Assembly: GCA_028279765.1 (NCBI GenBank)
Contig: JANQND010000007.1
Coordinates: 5,851 to 69,850 of the forward strand
Length of the DNA: 64,000 nucleotides
Reading direction: 5' to 3'
DNA from: Candidatus Nanoarchaeia archaeon
Lineage (GTDB): Archaea > Nanobdellota > Nanobdellia > Woesearchaeales > WJIZ01
Shown: positions 1-7,283 of the stretch, piece after piece
Position numbering within the stretch: position 1 is the stretch's first letter
Layout of the letters: every line of letters begins with the position of its first letter
Program-made: the position numbers and the translations under genes
Notes under the pieces: model-generated
Told to the model about the DNA's origin: nothing
Databases searched by the model: none
Seen by the model: the letters and a program-made list of their open reading frames with translations, nothing else

Positions 1-2
1 TG

Positions 3-188
3 AACACCGCGCTTATTGCCATCGGGTCGTATATGCCGCAAGTGACAAAACAGGCAATTGAAGCAGCAAAAAGAATAGGAAAAGTTGAAGTAGATCATGG
101 AGATACCTCCTGTAAAACACCTGATGCTATTCCTTATATTGAAAAAGTTCTCAAAAGAAATAATAAGAAAAAAGTAAGGATTTGTTAA
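3..188 (+). CDS. C-terminal fragment of an unidentified protein (runs off the left edge)
   Basis: Open frame from the window edge to TAA at 186-188. It translates to ...NTALIAIGSYMPQVTKQAIEAAKRIGKVEVDHGDTSCKTPDAIPYIEKVLKRNNKKKVRIC. No family recognised. Confidence 0.3.
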   Translation, partial: NTALIAIGSYMPQVTKQAIEAAKRIGKVEVDHGDTSCKTPDAIPYIEKVLKRNNKKKVRIC

Positions 189-197
189 TGCGAAAAG

Positions 198-1193
198 CTA
201 ATTTTTAGGAACCTTCTTCTTAGATATCTTCACCGGAAGCTTACGCAGTATCGCCCTTGCCTCTTTCAGAGTAAGAAGTTTATTCTTTGCCCCGTGATAC
301 GAGATTACTGACTCGGCATTTGTAGTTGCAAGCCTCATAGCAAAAGAAACATCGTCCTTTAAGATCATACCTGCCAAAAAAGATGAGGCAAAGGCATCAC
401 CTGCCCCAGTTGTTTCTAAAGGAGGTACATGGTTCGTGTGCGCAAAGTAGAGCACATCGTCATAAAAGCAGTATGCCCCTTTTTTTCCGTCAGTGATGAC
501 GACGTAATTCGGGCCCAGGGAATGCAGTTTCCTGCCCAGGTAGGCCATAGAGTCTGCACCTACAATAAGTTCAGCCTCTTCTTTGTTCAGTACAAGAATT
601 TCAGTCATGGAAAGAATTTTTCGCAAATATTGCGTTCCTTTTTCTGCCAGGTAAGAGCTGGGATTAAACGCAATCTTGATGCTGTTTTTTTGAGCAAATG
701 CGGCAAGTGATTCCAGAGTCTTAAAGGCCTTGCCCATCATAGCAGAGAAATAAAACCACTTCGTTTTGAGCAGTTTCTTATTAATGTCCCGGTAAAACAA
801 ATCGTTGTTGACGCCTTTATAGGCAAGGATAGTTCGGTCGTGTTCCAAGCTATCCAGAATTATGGAGTACCCGGTCTCCCCCTTTTTGCGCACCACCAGG
901 CTTGTGTCAACATGTTCCTCTTTGAGCTTAGAGAGTACCATCTCTGAGTTTGATCCCTTTCCCATGCATCCAAGATAAGAAGACTTCAGCCCCAGGCGGG
1001 AGAGAGATACCGCGACATTCGTGCCGCCGCCCCCGGTAGTAAAGTCAATTTCGTCAACCAGTATCTTTGCGCCGGTAGGGTATGCCAGTAAGTCGGTTTC
1101 TCCTTCTTCCTTGAAAATCTTAATGAGTTCAGAATGTTTTGTCTTTGCAAAAGCATCAACCGTAGAGCTCCCCACACAGATTACATCATGCAT
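198..1193 (-). CDS. PfkB/ribokinase-family carbohydrate or nucleoside kinase
   Basis: ORF 198..1349 trimmed to the internal Met (MHDVICVGSSTVDAF), a typical family N-terminus. Contains TTGGGGTNVAVSL and TTGAGDAF motifs. Confidence 0.85.
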   Translation of the reverse strand: MHDVICVGSSTVDAFAKTKHSELIKIFKEEGETDLLAYPTGAKILVDEIDFTTGGGGTNVAVSLSRLGLKSSYLGCMGKGSNSEMVLSKLKEEHVDTSLVVRKKGETGYSIILDSLEHDRTILAYKGVNNDLFYRDINKKLLKTKWFYFSAMMGKAFKTLESLAAFAQKNSIKIAFNPSSYLAEKGTQYLRKILSMTEILVLNKEEAELIVGADSMAYLGRKLHSLGPNYVVITDGKKGAYCFYDDVLYFAHTNHVPPLETTGAGDAFASSFLAGMILKDDVSFAMRLATTNAESVISYHGAKNKLLTLKEARAILRKLPVKISKKKVPKN

Positions 1194-1435
1194 AATCCCC
1201 CTCGGACTATAGAAGTTTATAAAGATTGTTGTATGGGAGACTCTGTTGAAAAGATCATTAGCAGCCAAGGGTAAAATCCAATCTGTGACTAGTATCAAGC
1301 TGACAAGGGGGAAGCCCCAGGCGGGGAATGTCAGCCCTCTAATAAGCAAAAAAGGATTTTACAGCCTGCTAATCAAAGCGCTAGCGTAGATTTTCAACAG
1401 AGTCTGTGTAGGATAAAAAAAGAGGATAGCACAGG

Positions 1436-2473
1436 TCAAAACGAAATACTATCAAGCACATCATGCGCATCAACGCTCGAAAGCAAATAGGATAACCGCT
1501 CTTTATTCTTAACCTTTGAGAGCAGCAGCGCACGTGCATATTCCTCATCCTTCTTGCTTATTCGGGCAAAGGAGTCTGCCGCAAGCAGAGGGTAAGGGTA
1601 GCCAAAGAAGAGCGGATCAGAGGAATACGAAGAGAGTATACGCACGTAGTCCTGCAGTTTTTCCTTGCATGCAGAATCAATTTCAAGCCGGAAAACGTGC
1701 TTTGAAGAAGAATGGAGTCGAACAAAGCACATCTCACCCAAATAATACTCGTTAGACACCTCAAAAACCGGATAATACAACCAACTGGATTTCGGGCCTC
1801 TGTCCTGCAGTGCGCTGCTAAGTCCTGATGCACTGCGCGTAAGCAAGCGGCAGGTTTTGCTCAAGAATCCGACCATCATCTCTTTTTTGCGGGCTGCATC
1901 AAGCAGGTCTTTGAGGACATTATATTCTTCCTTTGTTTTTGCTTTAATGCTTCCATCTATCGCAACCATAAGGCTATCGCTTTCCTCCACTATTCTCTTT
2001 GCATAGAGTAGCTCTGCGCGCCGTCTGATCATCCCTGCAATGTGCTCCATCTCAGTACTATACCTCTCACCATCAAGCGTAATGGTTTGTGAATCAAAAC
2101 CAAGAGGCTCGCTGAAAGGTGCATCACCAAAGAAGGATACAGTATAGTGCAGCACACCGTTATTCTCTTTAGCCTCAATAAAACAAATGAATTCACTGAC
2201 TGACTGAAGTGCTCTTTGCTTTTGTTGGTAGGAAACTGCTGCAATGCGCATAAAATGAAGAGAGAAATTCGGACCGGACAAAATCTGGGCATTGCCTCCA
2301 TCGATCGCAAGCAATGGTTTTTCTTCTCCAAAAAGGCTCAGTTCATGAAAGTTTTTGCTATCAATCCTTATACCGGAAAAGCCTTTGTCAGAAGAAAACG
2401 GAAGAAGGTCTGTTTCTTTATTGATAAACTCATCAAAAGATCGCAGCAATTGTTCTGCATCAGAGGATTTCAT
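1436..2473 (-). CDS. NurA-like nuclease domain protein (tentative)
   Basis: 345-aa ORF with LAIDGGNA and VAIDGSIKA motifs reminiscent of the NurA fold. Weak assignment by eye only. Confidence 0.35.
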   Translation of the reverse strand: MKSSDAEQLLRSFDEFINKETDLLPFSSDKGFSGIRIDSKNFHELSLFGEEKPLLAIDGGNAQILSGPNFSLHFMRIAAVSYQQKQRALQSVSEFICFIEAKENNGVLHYTVSFFGDAPFSEPLGFDSQTITLDGERYSTEMEHIAGMIRRRAELLYAKRIVEESDSLMVAIDGSIKAKTKEEYNVLKDLLDAARKKEMMVGFLSKTCRLLTRSASGLSSALQDRGPKSSWLYYPVFEVSNEYYLGEMCFVRLHSSSKHVFRLEIDSACKEKLQDYVRILSSYSSDPLFFGYPYPLLAADSFARISKKDEEYARALLLSKVKNKERLSYLLSSVDAHDVLDSISF

Positions 2474-2545
2474 AACAATAGAATACCAAAGAGGCTTTTA
2501 TAATTTGTGAGTTGGGTGACAGAGACATAATGAATCCCTAGAGAA

Positions 2546-2630
2546 GCAACAACAATGGCGCAGACGAACTTAGTATCTAAGTTCGAGATTTTCGAAAGAA
2601 AATCGTTCTGCCTGCCGTTATTGTTGTTGC
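2546..2630 (+). repeat. Copy 1 of an ~85-nt palindromic element (small ncRNA, MITE-like element or upstream regulatory element)
   Basis: Termini GCAACAACAA / TTGTTGTTGC pair. Two internal hairpins: CGAACTTAG-TAT-CTAAGTTCG and GATTTTC-GAAA-GAAAATC. Shares the 14-mer AACAACAATGGCGC and AAAATCGTT..CTGCC.TTATTGTT with the copy at 11220-11302. Confidence 0.5.
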
Positions 2631-2665
2631 AAATCTCAAAAACTACAAATAACAATCAAAAATCC

Positions 2666-2677
2666 AAACCTTTAAAT
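2666..2677 (+). promoter_or_regulatory. BRE/TATA-like box (AAACCTTTAAAT) for nadC
   Basis: TTTAAAT lies 26 nt upstream of the ATG at 2703. The same AAACCTTTWWAA motif recurs upstream of topA, the pilus operons and 34121. Confidence 0.45.
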
Positions 2678-2702
2678 TGTTATCCCGGCTCTAAAAAATG
2701 CT

Positions 2703-3641
2703 ATGAATCGCAGGAAAGTTCTCCTCAAAGCGTTCTCACGTGAAAAGCTTCTGACGTTGCACTCACCCTTTTACAGGTCCTGGGTAGAGCGTTTCATCAT
2801 TGATGAAACCAAGGCAGACTTAGGAACAAAGGGAGATATCACTACAAATGCAATTCTCAACGGAAAGAAGCATGCCCGCGCGCAGGTAGTCGGCAGAGAG
2901 CCGGGGATCGCTGCAGGAATCGAAGAGGCATCACATTTATACAGGAAGAATGGCCTGCAGGTAAAACAAATCAAAAAAGACGGGCAGAGAATAAAAAAAG
3001 GGGATATCCTATTAGAGTTGCAGGGAGAGAAAAAAGCCCTCTTTCGTATTGAGCGCTCTGCAGTAGATATTCTGCAGAGGATGTCAGGAATAGCAACCCT
3101 TACTGCTCAGGTTTTCAGATCTATTAATTATAAAGTGCCTATCGCACCTACCAGAAAAACACAGTGGCGCTATCTGGACAAAAAAGCAGTATCCCTGGGT
3201 GGAGGGCTCACACATCGATTAGCGCTCTGGGAGGCAATCCTTATTAAGGATAATCATCTCAAAATGCTCAAAAGCGAAGGGGAAAAAGATCCTATCAGAA
3301 CAGCAATGCAGAGGGCGCATGCCTATAAAAAAAAATCAACATTCATTGAAATTGAAGTAACGACCCTAAGGCAGGCATGCCGTGCTGCGGCAATGTTCAA
3401 AGAGATGAACAGCAGTGTTCCGTCACTCATTATGCTCGATAATATGACGCCAGCGCAGATCAACAAAACGATCAAAGAGCTCAAGAAAAACAAGCTTTAC
3501 GATTATGCCCTTCTGGAAGCATCCGGCGGAATCAATCCGAAAAACATAAAAAAGTATGCCCGGACAAAAGTAGATGTTATCTCCATGGGATACTTGACAC
3601 ACTCTGCCCATGCGCTTGATATAAAGCAATATATTCTGTAA
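2703..3641 (+). CDS. nadC: Nicotinate-nucleotide pyrophosphorylase (quinolinate phosphoribosyltransferase)
   Basis: PTRKTQWRYLDKKAVSLGGGLTHRLALWEAILIKDNH block is typical of the NadC family. Adjacent to nadB. Confidence 0.9.
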   Translation: MNRRKVLLKAFSREKLLTLHSPFYRSWVERFIIDETKADLGTKGDITTNAILNGKKHARAQVVGREPGIAAGIEEASHLYRKNGLQVKQIKKDGQRIKKGDILLELQGEKKALFRIERSAVDILQRMSGIATLTAQVFRSINYKVPIAPTRKTQWRYLDKKAVSLGGGLTHRLALWEAILIKDNHLKMLKSEGEKDPIRTAMQRAHAYKKKSTFIEIEVTTLRQACRAAAMFKEMNSSVPSLIMLDNMTPAQINKTIKELKKNKLYDYALLEASGGINPKNIKKYARTKVDVISMGYLTHSAHALDIKQYIL

Positions 3642-3644
3642 AAA

Positions 3645-5198
3645 ATGAAAACAGATATCGTGATAATAGGGTCAGGAATAGCGGGCCTTACGGCAGCACT
3701 CAAGGCTGTGCGGTTTTCTAAGGTGACGCTGATTGCTAAGGAAAAGCTGCAGGAATCCAATACGTACTATGCCCAGGGAGGTCTTGCAGCAGCAATAGGG
3801 CACGATGACAATATCGAAACCCATATCCAGGACACCTTGCGCGCAGGCGATGGCATCTCAGAGAGAATGCAGGCAAAGATTCTTGCTACGGAATCAGCAA
3901 AGCGTATCCAGGAGTTAAAGGAGCTTGGTGTGCGCTTCGATACAAGAGGGAAAAAGTACAGGCTCAGCAGAGAAGCGGTGCATTCTCGGGCGCGTATCAT
4001 CCATGCATCCGACATGACCGGAAAGGAAATACAACTGCAGTTAGTAAAGAAAGCTCGTGAGAATCAGAATATCACGATTCTTGAGTATCATATGGGATTG
4101 GACTTGATCGTGCATAAAAAGAAATGCGTTGGTGTGCAGGTTCTTGACCTGAAAACAGAAAATACTTTCAGTGTCTTTGCCAAGAAAACAGTTTTAGCGA
4201 CAGGTGGGCTGGGAAGATTATATAGCAAAACAACCAACCCGCACATAGCGACCGGTGATGGGATCGCGATGGCCTTTCGTGCAGGAGCGCAGTTGCAGGA
4301 CATGGAATTCGTTCAGTTTCATCCCACCATGCTGCATAACTCAGAGCCTTCCTTTCTGATATCAGAGACCCTGCGCGGCGAAGGAGGAATCCTCAAGAAT
4401 AAACACGGCAAGGCCTATATGGGAAAGTATCACCGTGATGGCGAGCTTGCTCCTCGTGACGTAGTAGCAAAATTCTCTGTCATTGAAATGCAAAAAACAA
4501 ATGCAAAGCATACCTTTCTGGACATGACGCATATTGAAGAAGCATACCTGAAAAAAAGGTTTCCCCATATCTACAAAGAGTGCCTCAAGTATGGTATTGA
4601 TATGGCAAAACAAATGATCCCGGTGAGTCCTGCTGCGCATTATGTTTGCGGTGGTATAAAAACCGATAGTTTTGGCCAGGCCTCAGTAAAGAATCTCTAT
4701 GCTATCGGCGAGTGTGCCTGCACCGGGTTGCACGGTGCTGATAGGTTAGCATCAAACTCCATGACCGAAGGGCTGGTGTATGGGACGCGCCTTGCAGAGA
4801 AGATCAGAAAAGAAGTGAAAAAAGAAAAAGTGCTGGGAAAGGAAACGGAGGATAGGCTGATTACGTCTGTTCGCAATGGCCGCGTCGAAAAAATAAAGAA
4901 ATTGCTCCAGGGTATTATGTGGCAGCAGGTAGGGATTATTCGCTCGAAAAAAGGCCTTGTTGCTGCATTAGGAAAAATCAAAAAGCTTGAAGCTAAGTTG
5001 AAGAAATTAGTAAAAGAGAGTACCAACAAGGAAGTGCAGGAGTTAAAGAATATGCTTTTGCTGGGCAAGATCATTATTATTAATGCCCTTCGCAGAAAAG
5101 AATCCCGTGGAACGCATTTCATTCTCGATTATCCCGAGCGGCACGATAATATCTGGAAGACCCATTTGGTTATTGATAAAAAATATAGGGGATTGTGA
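3645..5198 (+). CDS. nadB: L-aspartate oxidase
   Basis: N-terminal FAD fold DIVIIGSGIAGLTAAL, plus YAQGG, RGEGG, GGIKTD and LYAIGECACTGLHGADRLASNS motifs. Confidence 0.92.
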   Translation: MKTDIVIIGSGIAGLTAALKAVRFSKVTLIAKEKLQESNTYYAQGGLAAAIGHDDNIETHIQDTLRAGDGISERMQAKILATESAKRIQELKELGVRFDTRGKKYRLSREAVHSRARIIHASDMTGKEIQLQLVKKARENQNITILEYHMGLDLIVHKKKCVGVQVLDLKTENTFSVFAKKTVLATGGLGRLYSKTTNPHIATGDGIAMAFRAGAQLQDMEFVQFHPTMLHNSEPSFLISETLRGEGGILKNKHGKAYMGKYHRDGELAPRDVVAKFSVIEMQKTNAKHTFLDMTHIEEAYLKKRFPHIYKECLKYGIDMAKQMIPVSPAAHYVCGGIKTDSFGQASVKNLYAIGECACTGLHGADRLASNSMTEGLVYGTRLAEKIRKEVKKEKVLGKETEDRLITSVRNGRVEKIKKLLQGIMWQQVGIIRSKKGLVAALGKIKKLEAKLKKLVKESTNKEVQELKNMLLLGKIIIINALRRKESRGTHFILDYPERHDNIWKTHLVIDKKYRGL

Positions 5199-5262
5199 TT
5201 ATTTTTTGGCCTATTATTTTCTATATAGAAAGAAATTAAAGAAAAAAAAGAGATAATTAAAA

Positions 5263-6105
5263 AAATGTGAGAGCAGTAGTCGCGTTTTACTTACTCTCAC
5301 ACCCCATATTTCTGGCGGTTTGGTAGTGGTTGACACCCATAGTAGATACAAAACCAACCTAATTAGCCTTAATCCAACTATAACCGCCATCAATGGAGAA
5401 ATATGTGATAACAGAATGTTATCACAACCGGTGTGCAATCAAAAAGTGTCCTAAGGCAGCAGCGAGGCAAGAATGCTGTGCCTTAGGACTGTTACCGGTG
5501 AGCTTTGCGGTAGTTGCGGTTGCAGTGGCGTCACCGGTAAAGGAGAAGGAAATCTATTGTGAGGCTCGGCAAAGACTAGAGGAAACCTCTTCGGGAAACG
5601 TCGATGCCGAGCGTATAACCAAAAATAAATGTGAGAGCAGTGATAAAGCGTTGAAATTCAATGAATACGTACTCTCACATCCCATGTCCGAGAAACAAAG
5701 ACAACATTCGCAATAAGTTGACTTTGAGCCGATTTTCGGTTAAATCTTGCAGACATGGAAGAAATGAAAAATAAACTCAACGCATACAGGGGAAGGAGTT
5801 AACAAATACCGTATGCACTAAGCTTATACCCTAAAATAAGAGTGTAGGACAAAAGCCCTACACCCCCCTGATAGCATCAGATACATTCTGAGCGAAAACC
5901 GTTGGATGCTATCAGTGTGTTGTTCTGTTCGATCAAAAAAATGATACCGGGAGATCCCGAAGGATAACCAGGTATCATAAAAAAACCCGGGCACCGAATA
6001 ACGGCGTGATTCCCGGGAGGAAGTGGAGTATCAAAGTAAAGGTGCCCGGTAAACAAGAAGATGAAATATGAGGTTTCTAAATTTCCAGTTAAAACCGGGC
6101 ATGTG
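5263..6105. ncRNA. Hairpin-dense ORF-free block A (candidate structured RNA, strand unresolved)
   Basis: Serial helices at 5266-5301, 5314-5388, 5405-5425, 5448-5489 (11 bp), 5492-5540 (10 bp) and 5565-5611. Further helices at 5630-5679, 5782-5816, 5842-5863, 5868-5915 (11 bp), 5941-5978 and 5985-6050. Confidence 0.4.
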
Positions 6106-7188
6106 TTAATCATTGACATCAATGATGACTTTCAGGCTCATCTCACCATTCTCATCGATATGGTTGTAAGCATCAAGATATTGGTCAAAGGTGAATCGGT
6201 CCGTGATTAATGGATCACAAAGAACTTTCCCTTCAGAGATTAGCCCAACCGCATTTTCGTAGTCTTCGTGTTTATACATCAAGGTACCGATCAGGGTCAG
6301 TTCACGATCCTGCAGGCCAGCCAAGTCAACAACAGGTGGCTGGGTAAAACAGCCAACGATAATGATTTCGCTTCCTTTGTTGATATTCGCAACGATACCA
6401 TTAAGTGCAATCTGTACAGCAGAGCATTCGAATGCCAGATCAAAGCCATCATTGCCAAATACGCGTTTAATTGCATCTGGGAGTTTCTCAGTTTTGGGAT
6501 TGCTAACAAAGTCAATCTTACATTCGGTAGCCTTTTCCAGGCGAAAATCGCTGATATCAGTGATTAAAACCTTTTTAGCCCCGTTGGCTTTGGCAACCTG
6601 AGCTACGAGGTTACCAATAGGACCGGCACCAGTTACTAGAACATTTTTTCCTTTTACCTCAGTTGCACGGCTCATAGTATGAACCGCAACCGAGACAGGC
6701 TCAACCAAAGTTCCTTGATCATGGGTGAAATTATCTGGGAAAGTAATTACATTTGACTCATCGGTAACAAAATAATCCTGAGCAACACCTGGCGCCTGGA
6801 ATCCTTCGACTTTCAGTTCATTACAAATATGATAGTCATCTCGTTTGCAAGGAGGACATTCACCACAAACAATTTGTGGTCGGGCAATTGCTTTTTTACC
6901 AAGTATAGCCGCGGGTACACCATCACCAGTCTCAACGATTTCTGCAGAGTATTCATGGCCCTGAATGAGAGGGTACATCTCCGGCGGAACAGTTGCGTGT
7001 GTGCCGTGGTTAACATGGATATCAGAGCCGCATACACCAATTTTTTTGATGTGTAGTAAAACTTGGCCACGGCCAGGTCGCGGCACTTTTTCTTCTGAGA
7101 ATTCAATGTTATCAGAATTCTGTGGTTTTGGGCAAATCATTGTTGCCCGTTTCATTGTTTCTGGTATGTCAGTTATACTCGTGTTCAT
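6106..7188 (-). CDS. Zn-dependent medium-chain alcohol/polyol dehydrogenase (sorbitol/threonine dehydrogenase-like)
   Basis: GVCGSDIHV, GHEYSAEIVETG, CGECPPCKRDDYHIC and VLVTGAGPIGN motifs. Shine-Dalgarno AGAGAGGA lies 5 nt upstream of the ATG. All 10 Arg codons are CGN, unlike the neighbouring genes. Confidence 0.9.
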   Translation of the reverse strand: MNTSITDIPETMKRATMICPKPQNSDNIEFSEEKVPRPGRGQVLLHIKKIGVCGSDIHVNHGTHATVPPEMYPLIQGHEYSAEIVETGDGVPAAILGKKAIARPQIVCGECPPCKRDDYHICNELKVEGFQAPGVAQDYFVTDESNVITFPDNFTHDQGTLVEPVSVAVHTMSRATEVKGKNVLVTGAGPIGNLVAQVAKANGAKKVLITDISDFRLEKATECKIDFVSNPKTEKLPDAIKRVFGNDGFDLAFECSAVQIALNGIVANINKGSEIIIVGCFTQPPVVDLAGLQDRELTLIGTLMYKHEDYENAVGLISEGKVLCDPLITDRFTFDQYLDAYNHIDENGEMSLKVIIDVND

Positions 7189-7283
7189 AATATCCTCTCT
7201 TTCTTAGTTAAAATATTTACTAATTAGTTATAACAATAGAAATTACACCAAAAAAAAACAAAAAACAATTTGATTCAAAATAT

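Noticed and set aside
1194-1349. N-terminal extensions of several ORF-track entries (198..1349, 9441..10100, 19792..20526, 13538..15343, 52480..53178, 32327..33412)
   Set aside because: Internal Met codons give canonical family N-termini or signal peptides, and in several cases form ATGA overlaps with the upstream stop. The extensions look non-protein-like.
5203-5216. GGCCTA-containing similarity between the island flanks (5203-5216 and 11168-11185) as att sites or a target-site duplication
   Set aside because: Only about 8 nt match, in an AT-rich context. That is too short to distinguish from chance.
5393-5716. 107-aa plus-strand ORF inside hairpin block A
   Set aside because: It runs straight through five perfect palindromic helices. 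Its composition is odd (Cys/Ala/Val runs mirrored by the inverted repeats). It has no ribosome-binding site or TATA context. It is most likely a by-product of the inverted repeats.
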